Source of the DNA: an uncultured Bacteroidota bacterium
GTDB taxonomy: Bacteria > Bacteroidota > Bacteroidia > Flavobacteriales > UBA7312
Length of the DNA stretch: 64,000 bases
Reading direction: 5' to 3'
Assembly: GCA_902580855.1 (NCBI GenBank)
Contig: CACHMF010000003.1
Location: 1,147-65,146 of the forward strand
Shown here: positions 7,566-18,139 of the stretch, one piece after another
Numbering within the stretch: position 1 is the first letter of the stretch
Layout: the number at the start of each line of letters is the position of its first letter
Program-made: the position numbers and the translations under genes
Notes under the pieces: generated by a model
Databases searched by the model: none
Told to the model about the DNA's origin: nothing
The model's input: the letters and a program-made list of their open reading frames with translations, nothing else

Positions 7566-8799
7566 GCTAGCATTTTTATTACTGCTATCTATCAACAGTG
7601 TAAATGCACAAAATGAGGTTAACGCTCCTTATTCTCGATTTGGGTTAGGAGAGTTAACAGCAAATTATACTCCTACTATGGCGGCAATGGGTAGTGTGAG
7701 TCAAGGAGTATTCAACCCTTTAGTTGTTAATTATAACAATCCAGCTTCCTATGCCTTTGGGTATCGCCAACGCTTTATTATGCAAACAGGCTTGGGACAT
7801 ACAACTAATCGTATGCAAACTCTAGATGCTTCACAAATAACAAATTATACTAATTTAAGTCATTTTACAATTGGCTTTCCTGTAGCGAAATGGTGGGGTA
7901 CTAGTGTAGGGATACTTCCTTATAGCGATATTGCTTATTCATTTAATGATAACTGGGAAGATCCAGCAGCTAGTTTATTTTTTGAAGGTTCTGGAGGTTT
8001 AAGCAGGTTCTACATGGGGCATGCTTTCACGTTACATAAATCACTTTCAATTGGGGGAAACCTTAATTATTTGTTTGGTAGTTTAAATACAATCAGAAAA
8101 GTAGTTTTCGAAGATGATTCCTACTTGCATACAAGGCATACAGATCAAACTATAGTGTCTGGTTTTTATTACGATTGTGGAGCTATGTTTAAAACAAAAG
8201 TGTCGGATTGGACATTGTCTACTTCTGTAACACTTGATAATGGTGGAGATGTGTCGGCTAAAAAAACAGTACTTTCAGAAACTTTTCGTTTCAATAATTT
8301 AATAGAAACGGTTGAAGATACCTTCGCTTATAGTTCTACAAAAAATGGTAGTATTGTATTACCAAGTGGTTTTGCTGCTGGTTTTTCTTTTAGTAATGAT
8401 CAATGGTTGATAGCAGCGGATTACACTACTAAAAACTGGTCACAATTCAGCAATTTTGGTGTTTCAGACAATTTAGATAATAGTTCTAGGTATGCTTTTG
8501 GTCTAGAGTTTACTCCTGATAGGAAAGCGATTAATAAATATTTTCAAATGGTCCGTTACCGTCTAGGTGCGTACACAGCTAATACATATCTGAATTTAAG
8601 AGGCCAACACTTAGAAGAAAAAGTAGTTTCATTTGGTTTTGGATTACCAATGAAGCGAAGCGGAACTTTATTAAACCTTTCTGCAGAATTAGGTCAAAGA
8701 GGAACAACACAGGAGAATTTAATACAAGATACTTTCGCTCGATTTAAAATAGGATTAGTTTTGAGCGATATTTGGTTTATCAAAAGAAAATATGACTAA
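7549..8799 (+). CDS. outer-membrane beta-barrel protein, function unknown
   Basis: 416 aa. Signal peptide ends ...VNAQ and is followed by the conserved-looking APYSRFGLGE. Composition is beta-strand rich. The ORF overlaps the coaX end by 17 nt. Confidence 0.55.
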   Translation: MKQLVKLAFLLLLSINSVNAQNEVNAPYSRFGLGELTANYTPTMAAMGSVSQGVFNPLVVNYNNPASYAFGYRQRFIMQTGLGHTTNRMQTLDASQITNYTNLSHFTIGFPVAKWWGTSVGILPYSDIAYSFNDNWEDPAASLFFEGSGGLSRFYMGHAFTLHKSLSIGGNLNYLFGSLNTIRKVVFEDDSYLHTRHTDQTIVSGFYYDCGAMFKTKVSDWTLSTSVTLDNGGDVSAKKTVLSETFRFNNLIETVEDTFAYSSTKNGSIVLPSGFAAGFSFSNDQWLIAADYTTKNWSQFSNFGVSDNLDNSSRYAFGLEFTPDRKAINKYFQMVRYRLGAYTANTYLNLRGQHLEEKVVSFGFGLPMKRSGTLLNLSAELGQRGTTQENLIQDTFARFKIGLVLSDIWFIKRKYD

Positions 8800-10108
8800 A
8801 ATGAAGAATACGATATTATTAATGATTAGCTTACTTTCAGTAACAACTGTTGCTAACCCTATTTTTTCGGAAGGAAAATTTGGAACAGATAGTATAGAGT
8901 GTGTAAAGAATATTTCGGTATATCGAGAGTATGTCAAGCAAAAAAATTATGCGGATGCGGTATCTCCATGGAGATGGGCGTACTTGAACTGTCCAAAAGC
9001 TACCAAGAACCTTTATGTAGATGGGTCTAAAATATTTAAGTACTTAATTAAGAATGCAAAAGGAAATAAGCCATTGCAAGTTGCTTTAGTAGATTCTTTG
9101 ATGCTGATGTACGATCAGCGTATAACTTTCTTTGGACAAGAAGGTTATGTTTTAGGATTAAAAGGTGCTGATATGCTCAAGTTACAGCCTAAAAATTTAG
9201 AGGATGCTTTCGGTTTGTTGCAGCAATCTGTAGAAATGCAAGGAAGTAAGTCGAAGGCAACAGCTTTAGCGGCATATTTCCAAGCAGCGGCAAAGAAGTT
9301 TGAGGCAGAAACATTTTCAAAGCAAGAGGTTTTAGAGGTTTACTCTATAGTGGCCGATCATATTGATTACAACATAAATAAAGGAGGGAAGTCGCAAAAG
9401 TTTTATGCGCAAGCAGCTGAAAAAGTAGAAAAGTTATTTGTTCCGTTTGCTACCTGTGAGGACTTAATAGCGATGTTTGATGCAAAGTATGCCGAAACTC
9501 CAGATGATTTAGGTTTGTTGAAGCGTATTACTAAAGTATTAGATAAAAAAGATTGTACTGATGCCTCAGTGTATTTTACAGCAGCGGCAAAACTACATGA
9601 AGTTGAGCCAACAGCATTTTCGGCATACAGTATGGGTAATCTGTCACTTAAGAAAAATAAATCTTCAGATGCGATTGCTTACTATAAGCAGGCATTAGAA
9701 ATGGCAGAAACAGAAGAAGAGAAAGCAAATTACTACTACGGTTTGTCAGGAGCTTACTTCAAGGCAGGGAGTTTGCAAACAGCTCGATCTAATGCATACA
9801 AGGCTATAGAGCTAAAAGCGAACTGGGGTAAGCCTATGATTTTAATTGGCGATATTTATGCTGCTGCTTCCAAAGATTGTGGATCTAATGCATTTGAGCA
9901 AGGCATGGTTTTTTCTGCAGCTATTGATAAGTTTATCCAGGCAAAAAATATGGATGTTACTGTGGTAGATGCTGCTAATAAAAAGATGGCTACTTACTCA
10001 AAATATTTGCCTTCTAATGAAGATGCTTTCTTTTCTGGAGCAACGGAAGGTAGTGCATATCAAGTAGGGTGTTGGATCAATGAATCCACCAAAGTTCGAC
10101 TTAAATAA
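8792..10108 (+). CDS. TPR-like repeat protein with signal peptide
   Basis: 438 aa, helical-repeat character (for example AIAYYKQALEMAE and YYYGLSGAYFKAGS), N-terminal signal sequence. Confidence 0.5.
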   Translation: MTKMKNTILLMISLLSVTTVANPIFSEGKFGTDSIECVKNISVYREYVKQKNYADAVSPWRWAYLNCPKATKNLYVDGSKIFKYLIKNAKGNKPLQVALVDSLMLMYDQRITFFGQEGYVLGLKGADMLKLQPKNLEDAFGLLQQSVEMQGSKSKATALAAYFQAAAKKFEAETFSKQEVLEVYSIVADHIDYNINKGGKSQKFYAQAAEKVEKLFVPFATCEDLIAMFDAKYAETPDDLGLLKRITKVLDKKDCTDASVYFTAAAKLHEVEPTAFSAYSMGNLSLKKNKSSDAIAYYKQALEMAETEEEKANYYYGLSGAYFKAGSLQTARSNAYKAIELKANWGKPMILIGDIYAAASKDCGSNAFEQGMVFSAAIDKFIQAKNMDVTVVDAANKKMATYSKYLPSNEDAFFSGATEGSAYQVGCWINESTKVRLK

Positions 10109-10138
10109 ACACTGATAGAAACCTATAGACATATCTTA

Positions 10139-10681
10139 TTGAAAAGCATTGCTGGCTTTGGCCTGGCAATGCTTTTTGCTTGTAGTAGTGATTTGGAAAA
10201 AATTAAAGAAATACAAATCACTACAGATGAGGCTTATCCTGTAGAAACCTTACAAAATGCTAAGCTCATGTATAGCGACTCTGCTATCGTGCGTGTTATT
10301 TTAAATGCTACACAAATGGATAGGTATGTAGGGGACGAACCGTATCTAGAAATTACGAAAGGGTTAAAAGTTCAGTTTTTTAATCCGTCAGGAAGTAAAG
10401 AGTCAGAACTTACAGCGCAGTATGCAAAGATTGATGAGGAAAAGAATCTTATGGAAGCAAAAAATACAGTTAAGGTGAAAAATGTAAATGGAGATTTGCT
10501 TGAGACAGAACACCTTGTTTGGAACGAAAAAACAGAAATGGTATATACTGAAGAGTTTGTCAAAATAACAACTAAAGATGAGGTGATATATGGGGAAGGT
10601 TTGGAGTCAAATCAAGATTTTACCAAATACACAATTAAAAAAATTAGTGGAACTATAATGTTAACCCATGCCGATGAGTAG
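10139..10681 (+). CDS. lptC: LPS export periplasmic protein LptC-like lipoprotein
   Basis: 180 aa with a TTG start and lipobox LFACSS. Size and beta-rich sequence are typical of Bacteroidota LptC. It lies upstream of a CBS/CorC gene. Confidence 0.6.
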   Translation: MKSIAGFGLAMLFACSSDLEKIKEIQITTDEAYPVETLQNAKLMYSDSAIVRVILNATQMDRYVGDEPYLEITKGLKVQFFNPSGSKESELTAQYAKIDEEKNLMEAKNTVKVKNVNGDLLETEHLVWNEKTEMVYTEEFVKITTKDEVIYGEGLESNQDFTKYTIKKISGTIMLTHADE

Positions 10682-11909
10682 TGGTGTTATTATATTGATT
10701 TGTTTATTGCTTTCCGCTTTTTTTTCGGGAATGGAGATTGCTTTTGTATCTGCCAACAAACTAAAAGTTGAGCTAGATAAGCAGTCAGGTATGACATACT
10801 CACGTTTGTTAGAAGGAGTGTTACAGTCGCCCGCAAAATTCATTGCTACAATGTTAGTTGGTAATAATATTGCTTTAGTTGTTTATGGTGTTATGATGGC
10901 AAAATTGTTAGAGCCAACTATTGAGCATTATACTCAATCTAGTTTTTTGGTATTATTGATACAAACCATTATCTCTACCTTGATTATTTTAGTGACGGCC
11001 GAGTTTTTACCAAAAGCCTTCTTCCGCATTAATCCTAATCAGTTCTTAAAAGTTTTTGCGATTCCACTTTTCTTTTTTTACTATTTGCTTTGGCCTATAG
11101 TTCGAATTACCATTTTTATGTCTAAAATAGGATTACGACTAATAGGAGCTCCCTTAGAGGAAGAGGATGCTGTTTTTAGAAAAGTTGATTTAGAGGAGTA
11201 TCTGAAATCTTCTAGCAAAGACGAGCAAGATGATGTTGAGGTTCAAATGCTGCAAAATGCATTAGATTTTTCTAGTGTAAAGGTACGTGAATGTATGGTT
11301 CCTAGAACAGAGATTGTGGCTGTAGATTTATCACAAAGTATTGATGATTTAGCTATGATTTTTGTAAAAACAAAGCTGTCGAAGGTGCTTGTATACGAAG
11401 AAAATATTGATCATATTATCGGATATGCACATTCAATAGAAATGTTTAAAAACCCATCTAGTATTCGTTCTATATTGTTGCCTATACCAATTGTTCCTGA
11501 AACTATGTTAGCTAATGAATTGATGGAAACTTTCACAAAAGAGCGCAAAGCGGTAGCTGTTGTAGTAGATGAGTTTGGGGGTACATCTGGGATGGTAACC
11601 ATAGAAGATGTGATGGAGGAAATTTTTGGAGAAATTGAAGATGAACACGATGAAGAGCTGTTGACAGAAGAAATATTATCTAGCGGTGATTTATTCCTAT
11701 CGGCTAGATTAGAAGTAGATTATCTAAACGAAAAATACAATTTAGATTTACCAGAGTCTGAAGCTTACGAAACCTTAGGAGGATTAATTGTAGAAAATTT
11801 TGAAAGTATTCCAAATGAAGGTGCAGAAATCACTATCGGAAATTATACTTTTAAAGCCGAGCAAGTGAGTGAGACGCGTATCGAGAAAGTCTTACTAAAA
11901 GGCGACTAA
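10668..11909 (+). CDS. hemolysin/CNNM family protein (DUF21-CBS pair-CorC_HlyC), GldE-like architecture
   Basis: 413 aa. N-terminal 4-TM DUF21, a CBS pair region, then a C-terminal CorC/HlyC-type domain. It overlaps the lptC end by 14 nt. Confidence 0.8.
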   Translation: MPMSSGVIILICLLLSAFFSGMEIAFVSANKLKVELDKQSGMTYSRLLEGVLQSPAKFIATMLVGNNIALVVYGVMMAKLLEPTIEHYTQSSFLVLLIQTIISTLIILVTAEFLPKAFFRINPNQFLKVFAIPLFFFYYLLWPIVRITIFMSKIGLRLIGAPLEEEDAVFRKVDLEEYLKSSSKDEQDDVEVQMLQNALDFSSVKVRECMVPRTEIVAVDLSQSIDDLAMIFVKTKLSKVLVYEENIDHIIGYAHSIEMFKNPSSIRSILLPIPIVPETMLANELMETFTKERKAVAVVVDEFGGTSGMVTIEDVMEEIFGEIEDEHDEELLTEEILSSGDLFLSARLEVDYLNEKYNLDLPESEAYETLGGLIVENFESIPNEGAEITIGNYTFKAEQVSETRIEKVLLKGD

Positions 11910-11974
11910 AAAATAGGTTTTTTATCTCAAGGAACATTCGTATATTCGCCCTCTTATTTAATTGAAATAGTACT

Positions 11975-14032
11975 ATGAGATTAGAAAGTATTAGAAATCG
12001 TTCCGGATTATTATTTGTTGTGATTGGAGTGGCTATGTTTGCTTTTATTATGATGGATTTGATGTCTTCGCAAAGAGGTGGTGCAAGTGTAGATTTATCT
12101 GTGGGTGAAGTATATGGAGAAGAAATTGATGTTCAAGAATTCGAAGCGCGTGTACAAAGACAGTTCGATGTACAAAAGCAAAATAACCCAAATATTGAAG
12201 TGGATCAGGTCCGTAATTCTGTTTGGACCTTATTGACTAGAGAGTTAGTTTTTCAAAAGGAATATGATGCGTCTGGCATATCAGTTTGTAATGAAGAATT
12301 ATTTGATATGATTCAAGGGCCAGACCCTTATCCAACAATCAAAGAATCTTTTACAAATCCCGAAACAGGTGCTTTTGATAGAGCGCGATTATTGCAATAT
12401 CTCAAAGAAGATATGGATAATGATCCAACAGGTCAGGCACGTGCTCAATGGGTTCAGTTTGAAGAAGCGCTTTACAAAGAGCGTTTAAATAGAAAATACT
12501 CTAATGCAATTGCTAAAGGTTTGCATGTTTCCGATTATGAAGCAGCACAATCCTATCAAGCACAAAGTGAAGTTCGTAATGTGTCTTATGTAGCAGTTGC
12601 TTATCGTAGTATCGCTGATAGTTTGGTTCCGGTAACTGATAATGAGCTTTACGATTACATGAATGCAAATAGTGAAAACTATCAGCAAGATGCCTCAAGA
12701 ACATTAGAGTATGTTGTCTTTGCAGTAAATCCATCTAAAGAAGATGATGCAGCAGCATTGGACTGGGCAAAAGATATTAAAGAAGATTTTGCTAGTGCGG
12801 AAGATAATGAAGCATTTGTTCGTAGATATTCTGATGTAACGAATACTCGCATGATATATGCTGATAAAGAAACTTTAGGAGTTAGCACTTTGCCTTTATT
12901 TGATGCAGCAGTAGGTACAGTAGTTGGTCCTTTCCAAGAAGGAAGAAATAATTATCGTTTGGCGAAATTAGTAGATGTGCAAAATAGACCAGATTCGGTT
13001 AAAGCTCGTCACATTCTACTGACTGATGCCAATGCACAAACTACCGCTGACAGCTTGAAAAATCTTATTGAGCAAGGAGCTTCTTTTTCTAAATTAGCAG
13101 AAAGCTTCTCACAAGATCCTGGTTCGGCTAGTAGTGGTGGAGACTTGGGTTGGTTCCCAGAAGGAAGAATGGTGGCCGAGTTTAACGAAGCATGTTTTAG
13201 TGGTAAGCGTGGCGAATTGCAAGTAGTAGCTTCGCAATTTGGAATACACTTAATTGAAGTAACTAAGAAAAGCAAATCTGTGAAGAAGGTGAAAATTGCT
13301 TTTGTCGATCGCAATGTAGTTCCTAGTAACGAAACATACCAAGGAATATTTACACAGGCAGGTAAGTTTGCTGCAGAAAATAGCAATAGCGAGCAGTTCA
13401 ACCAATCAGCAATGGATAACAATCTTAGTAAGCGTATTGCCGATAATCTTTTAGAAAGTACGCAAACAATTAGCGGCTTAGATAATCCGCGCCAAATGAT
13501 TCGTTGGGCATACGAAGCGCAAGTAGGACAAGTGTCAGATGTAATGGAATTTGGTAATAAGTTTGTAGTAGCAACACTTACACAAATTAAAGAAGAAGGT
13601 ATGCAAGAATTGGAAGAGGTTCGAGCGTCAGTAGAAGCAATTGTTCGTAATGAGAAGCGTGCTGAAATGCTTATAAATCAATTAAGTGGTGTAACAGATT
13701 TAAACACTTTGTCAAGTGATTATTCGGTAGAAGTTAAAACAGTAGAAGGAATGACATTTAACAATAATAATGTTTCTGGATTAGGTGAAGATCCTGCTTT
13801 TGTTGGAGCTGCTTTTGCTGTTCCAGAATCGGCTGTCACTGCTGCTTTTGCAGGATTGAATGCTGTATATGTTGTGCGAGTTGACCAAGTAATTACAGCT
13901 CCAGCTATTACTGATAATAGCAGTTTTTCTCAAGTATCAAAAATAAATTTACAAAGTCGAGCTAACAACGAAGCTTATCAAGCACTAGAAGATCTCGCTG
14001 AGATACAAGATTATAGAGCGAAGTTTTATTAA
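11975..14032 (+). CDS. periplasmic peptidyl-prolyl isomerase, PpiD/SurA-like (parvulin domain)
   Basis: 685 aa with an N-terminal membrane anchor. Parvulin motif ARHILL...GGDLGWF...FGIHLIEV. Confidence 0.85.
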   Translation: MRLESIRNRSGLLFVVIGVAMFAFIMMDLMSSQRGGASVDLSVGEVYGEEIDVQEFEARVQRQFDVQKQNNPNIEVDQVRNSVWTLLTRELVFQKEYDASGISVCNEELFDMIQGPDPYPTIKESFTNPETGAFDRARLLQYLKEDMDNDPTGQARAQWVQFEEALYKERLNRKYSNAIAKGLHVSDYEAAQSYQAQSEVRNVSYVAVAYRSIADSLVPVTDNELYDYMNANSENYQQDASRTLEYVVFAVNPSKEDDAAALDWAKDIKEDFASAEDNEAFVRRYSDVTNTRMIYADKETLGVSTLPLFDAAVGTVVGPFQEGRNNYRLAKLVDVQNRPDSVKARHILLTDANAQTTADSLKNLIEQGASFSKLAESFSQDPGSASSGGDLGWFPEGRMVAEFNEACFSGKRGELQVVASQFGIHLIEVTKKSKSVKKVKIAFVDRNVVPSNETYQGIFTQAGKFAAENSNSEQFNQSAMDNNLSKRIADNLLESTQTISGLDNPRQMIRWAYEAQVGQVSDVMEFGNKFVVATLTQIKEEGMQELEEVRASVEAIVRNEKRAEMLINQLSGVTDLNTLSSDYSVEVKTVEGMTFNNNNVSGLGEDPAFVGAAFAVPESAVTAAFAGLNAVYVVRVDQVITAPAITDNSSFSQVSKINLQSRANNEAYQALEDLAEIQDYRAKFY

Positions 14033-14057
14033 TATTGTTTTAGTTATAAAATATAGA

Positions 14058-14087
14058 AGCTCTACTCTTTTAAGTGGGGCTTTTTTT
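14058..14087 (+). terminator. rho-independent terminator after the PPIase gene
   Basis: AGCTCTACT-CTTTTA-AGTGGGGCT forms a 9-bp stem including two G-U pairs and is followed by a T-run (t14081-14087). Confidence 0.6.
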
Positions 14088-14112
14088 ATTCTTTCTTTTA
14101 TATCTTTAACCA

Positions 14113-14550
14113 ATGCAAGTATGTTTTGTTTCAACATCGGAGTTATATACTTTAAGAAATTTGGTTTTGCGCCCTGGAAAGCCATTACATACCACTTTTT
14201 ATGATAAGGACTTTGATAAAGATACTTTTCATTTAGCTATTTCTATAGAATCACAAGCAATGTGTATAGCTACTTTTTATCCAGAAAAAATGGATAGTGT
14301 CTATAGCCGAAAAGCTTACCGTCTAAGAGGAATGGCAACTCATCCCAATTATCGAAGGAAAGGTTTAGGTAAGAATTTGATGCAATCAGCCTTTACACAC
14401 TTGATTCAAAAGCAAGCTGATTTATTATGGTGTAAGGCACGTTTAGTAGCTATCCCATTTTATCGCTCTTTAGGATTTCAAATTATAGGAGAGCAATATG
14501 ATATAGAAGAGATTGGTTCTCACTACACCATGTATAAGTTGTTATCGTAA
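14113..14550 (+). CDS. GNAT family N-acetyltransferase
   Basis: 145 aa. Acetyl-CoA binding motif RRKGLGKNLM. Confidence 0.8.
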   Translation: MQVCFVSTSELYTLRNLVLRPGKPLHTTFYDKDFDKDTFHLAISIESQAMCIATFYPEKMDSVYSRKAYRLRGMATHPNYRRKGLGKNLMQSAFTHLIQKQADLLWCKARLVAIPFYRSLGFQIIGEQYDIEEIGSHYTMYKLLS

Positions 14551-15801
14551 GACTTGTAGTCTATAGGAATCCAAATTGATAAAGATAAAAAGAAGGATGG
14601 TGAAAGCCCATAACGAAGATCCTCCATAGCTGATAAAAGGTAAAGGTATGCCAATAACGGGCGCCAGTCCAATGGTCATAGCAATATTAACGGCTACATG
14701 AAAGAATAAAATACTTGCCACTCCGTAACCATATATTTTACTGAAGACTGATCTTTGCCGTTCTGCTACAAAAATGATCCGTAGTAAAAAAGTAATGTAT
14801 AGAGCTACAACAAACGCACTTCCTAAAAACCCCCATTCTTCTCCAATTGTACAAAAGATGAAATCGGTACTTTGCTCAGGCACAAAATTAAATTTGGTTT
14901 GTGTCCCGTCCAAAAAGCCTTTGCCGCTAAAACCTCCCGAACCAATGGCAATCATAGATTGATGTACATTATACCCATCTCCATGAGGGTCTGACTCCTG
15001 TCCCAATAATATTTTGATGCGTGTAACATGATGTGGTTCTAAAACATTATCTAACACATAATCTATACTGAAAGTGAAGCCAGAAGCTATGATAAACACA
15101 GTGGTGATTACAATAACCTCCCTTAATCGTTTTCTAGAAAAGAAGAAAAAGATAGCAGACAATATCGCTAGGATAATTAGTAAATATGTTTTAGGTACTA
15201 AAATGGAAGAAACGAAAAGTAAAGTTGCTGATATTCCTAGAATGAGAATAGTGCCAGGAAGACCTGCTCTATATAAAACAATGATAAAAGCTGAATATAC
15301 CAAGGCAGAACCTGTGTCATTTTGTAAAATAATGAGCAGGGTAGGTAATAATACAATAGCTCCTGCAATTAGTTTAGTACGTATAATTTTTAAATTAATG
15401 TGTAAAGTACTAAGGTATTTAGCAACAGCCATACAAGTAGCAAACTTGGCAAACTCTGCTGGTTGTATGCGTAAAAAACCTAAATCATACCACGATTTTG
15501 CTCCGTTTACTTCGATTCCTAAAAATAAAACTCCAATAAGAGCAAGTATTACAATAAAATATATGATATAGGCAAAGCCTTCGAAAAATTGCCAATTGAA
15601 AAAGAGAATTATCATAGCAACTACATAGGCGATGATGATCCATTGTAATTGCTTACCATACTTTTGACTGAAGTCGAACAGATCGAAACCTTCTTGATAC
15701 AAGGCAGCATAAATATTTAACCAGCCAATTAGTACTAAGGCAGTATACATCAAGATGAGCCACCAATCTACATGGTCAAATATGTTTTTCTTTAGTCTCA
15801 T
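14542..15801 (-). CDS. rodA: rod shape-determining protein RodA (SEDS family)
   Basis: 419 aa and polytopic, with SEDS motifs (QPAEFAK, PEQSTDFIF, PFISYGGSS). It is the last gene of the mre-mrdA cluster. Confidence 0.9.
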   Translation of the reverse strand: MRLKKNIFDHVDWWLILMYTALVLIGWLNIYAALYQEGFDLFDFSQKYGKQLQWIIIAYVVAMIILFFNWQFFEGFAYIIYFIVILALIGVLFLGIEVNGAKSWYDLGFLRIQPAEFAKFATCMAVAKYLSTLHINLKIIRTKLIAGAIVLLPTLLIILQNDTGSALVYSAFIIVLYRAGLPGTILILGISATLLFVSSILVPKTYLLIILAILSAIFFFFSRKRLREVIVITTVFIIASGFTFSIDYVLDNVLEPHHVTRIKILLGQESDPHGDGYNVHQSMIAIGSGGFSGKGFLDGTQTKFNFVPEQSTDFIFCTIGEEWGFLGSAFVVALYITFLLRIIFVAERQRSVFSKIYGYGVASILFFHVAVNIAMTIGLAPVIGIPLPFISYGGSSLWAFTILLFIFINLDSYRLQVLR

Positions 15802-17624
15802 TCTGTGTATTCAATCACTCCTTCTAATATATATTTTTCTAGTTCCACTCTTTTAACACTATCTGTTAGGTATTCTTCTAATATTAAACTTCCAATGGGT
15901 ACTGCCCAAGTAGAACCCCACCCACCATTTTCTACATAAACTGCCAAGGCTATTTGCGGGTTTTCTTTTGGAGCAAATGCAATAAAAATAGAGTGATCCT
16001 CTCCGTGAGGATTTTCAGCTGTTCCTGTTTTTCCGCAAACAGAAATATTATCCATTTTAGCGGCATTTGATGTTCCTAATTCTGTATCATCTACCACTTC
16101 TTGCATTCCTCGAATTACCAAATCAAAATGTTCAGCATCTATCATTGTTTGTTTGGGTTTTAAGAAGCGTGAAGGAATAGTATCTCCTTCAATCTCTTTA
16201 ACAACATGTGGAGTATAATAAAATCCTTTGTTAGCGATAGCTGCAGTCATGTTTGCCATTTGGATTGGAGTACATAATAATGCATCTTGTCCAATTGCTA
16301 AGGAAATATTGGTTAAGGCTTTCCATCCACCTTTTCTATACATTTTGTCGTAGTAATTACTTGAAGGTAAAAACCCTTTTTTTCCTGTTGGTAAATCATT
16401 ATTCAACCAATTGCCTAATCCAAAACTAGATACATAATTATACCAAGTATTGTATCCCTCGTATACATTCGGATACTTCTCAATAATCCCCTTGTATACA
16501 TAACAAAAATAAGCATTGCAAGAAGTTGCTATAGCTTCTTTTAGATTGAGGGGAGAACGATGCTCATGACAACCCATTTTTCTATTTTCTACTCCAAAAT
16601 GAAAACCACCAAGACATTTATATTTACTACCTCCATAAATGGTATTTTCTTGTAATCCAATAAGCGCATTAATTAACTTAAAGGTGGAGCCTGGAGGGTA
16701 TTGGGCCAAGGAGGCTCTGTTGTATAGTGGTTTGTTAAGGCTGTCTTCATCCAAAAGAATATAGTTAGGTGTACGCTTACGACCAACTAATAGATTAGGA
16801 TCGTAGGAAGGCGCAGAAACTAAACATAATATTTCACCACTATTTGGTTCAATAGCTACGATACTTCCTCGTTTACCATGCATCAGAGTTTCTGCATAAG
16901 CTTGTAGTTTTGCATCAATAGTGGTGGTGATATTTTTACCTTTTATTGCCGGAATGTCAAATTTTCCGTTTTGAAAACTTCCTTTGATATTGTTGTGTAC
17001 ATCTTTCAGTAGCATTTGCATACCTTTTTCTCCTCGAATTTGTTCTTCATATGCTTTTTCTATTCCGGTAATCCCAATATAATCCCCTTTTTTATAATAT
17101 TTGTTTTTTCTTAAAGTTTGTTCATTTACCTCACCAACATAACCCAATAAATGGGCTCCAATTTTTTTAGGGTACCTTCTTAAGGTTCTAGATTGCACAT
17201 AAAAACCAGGCAGCTCAAACATCTTTTCGGAGAGTGTGGCATAAGTCTCTGTAGAGATTTGTTTCATGAAAACACTGGCTTTATATGAGGAATAGTTTCG
17301 GCATTTTTTCATGCGCTTAGATACATCTGCGCTATCAATTTTTAAAATGTTGCATAGCAGAGCCGTGTCTAATGTTTTTACTTCTCTGGGTGTGACCATT
17401 AAATCATAGGCAGCCTCATTATACACTAGTAGCTCTCCATTTCTGTCATAAATCAGACCCCTTCCAGGATATTCAGTTTGTTTACGGATGACATTGTTTT
17501 CTGAAGAGGTTTTGTAGGTGTCATCTAATACCTGTATACTGAATAGACGTATAACAAAAATGATGCCAATTAGACAGAAGAAACCACCGATAATGTATTG
17601 TCTATTACTGTAGTTACGCATCAT
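15798..17624 (-). CDS. mrdA: penicillin-binding protein 2 (elongasome transpeptidase)
   Basis: 608 aa. N-terminal anchor, then motifs STFK (PGSTFKL), SCN and KTGTA. Confidence 0.92.
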   Translation of the reverse strand: MMRNYSNRQYIIGGFFCLIGIIFVIRLFSIQVLDDTYKTSSENNVIRKQTEYPGRGLIYDRNGELLVYNEAAYDLMVTPREVKTLDTALLCNILKIDSADVSKRMKKCRNYSSYKASVFMKQISTETYATLSEKMFELPGFYVQSRTLRRYPKKIGAHLLGYVGEVNEQTLRKNKYYKKGDYIGITGIEKAYEEQIRGEKGMQMLLKDVHNNIKGSFQNGKFDIPAIKGKNITTTIDAKLQAYAETLMHGKRGSIVAIEPNSGEILCLVSAPSYDPNLLVGRKRTPNYILLDEDSLNKPLYNRASLAQYPPGSTFKLINALIGLQENTIYGGSKYKCLGGFHFGVENRKMGCHEHRSPLNLKEAIATSCNAYFCYVYKGIIEKYPNVYEGYNTWYNYVSSFGLGNWLNNDLPTGKKGFLPSSNYYDKMYRKGGWKALTNISLAIGQDALLCTPIQMANMTAAIANKGFYYTPHVVKEIEGDTIPSRFLKPKQTMIDAEHFDLVIRGMQEVVDDTELGTSNAAKMDNISVCGKTGTAENPHGEDHSIFIAFAPKENPQIALAVYVENGGWGSTWAVPIGSLILEEYLTDSVKRVELEKYILEGVIEYTE

Positions 17625-18139
17625 CTTTTAGCTTCTTTGAATAATAAGTATTGTATTATGATTATTAGAGTGATACTGATAATAGAACTTAATAATGTTC
17701 TTATTAAAATTCTAATTAATTCTAGTTGAAACGCTTCTAGAATGAAGAGGCTAAAGTGATGGATAAACACCAAAGTTCCGGTGTAAATTAAAGCTCTTTG
17801 TAAACCGAATTCTTGCAATGAAAACTCTAAGTTGCTTTGTTTTTTATTCTTCAATTGTGGTAGTAAAAAGTGTAGTATGGGTTGTCTAAAATAAGCCATC
17901 AAAACACATGAGAAAGTATGTAATCCCATGGTGTTTTGGAAAGCATCTACGGAAATTCCTAGACAAAAAGCTAATACTAAATTCAACCATCTTGGCGTAT
18001 CGAAAGGTAATAGTAAAAGAAATAAAATATAAATATAAGGGTTGACATATCCCATGAATAGCGTATTATTCAACACAAGTACTTGTATAATAACTAAGAA
18101 TACAAAACGAATTATGTGTTTGAGGATGAAATTATTCAT
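17621..18139 (-). CDS. mreD: rod shape-determining protein MreD
   Basis: 172-aa hydrophobic ORF lying between mreC and mrdA, with 4-8 nt overlaps on both sides. Confidence 0.75.
   Translation of the reverse strand: MNNFILKHIIRFVFLVIIQVLVLNNTLFMGYVNPYIYILFLLLLPFDTPRWLNLVLAFCLGISVDAFQNTMGLHTFSCVLMAYFRQPILHFLLPQLKNKKQSNLEFSLQEFGLQRALIYTGTLVFIHHFSLFILEAFQLELIRILIRTLLSSIISITLIIIIQYLLFKEAKR

Noticed and set aside
13009-13422. 137-aa antisense ORF inside the PPIase gene. Similar antisense ORFs lie at 15074-15571 (inside rodA) and 22121-22591 (inside the permease gene).
   Set aside because: All are embedded opposite strongly supported genes and lack motifs, signal sequences or plausible starts with promoter boxes. 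I treat them as chance open frames in AT-rich DNA.
14542-14550. Convergent coding overlaps: GNAT/rodA (9 nt here) and lysC/2-hydroxyacid dehydrogenase (15 nt at 30912-30926)
   Set aside because: Short 3'-3' overlaps of convergent genes are common in compact genomes. There is no terminator-like or other structure in these overlaps, and nothing suggests a functional antisense interaction.
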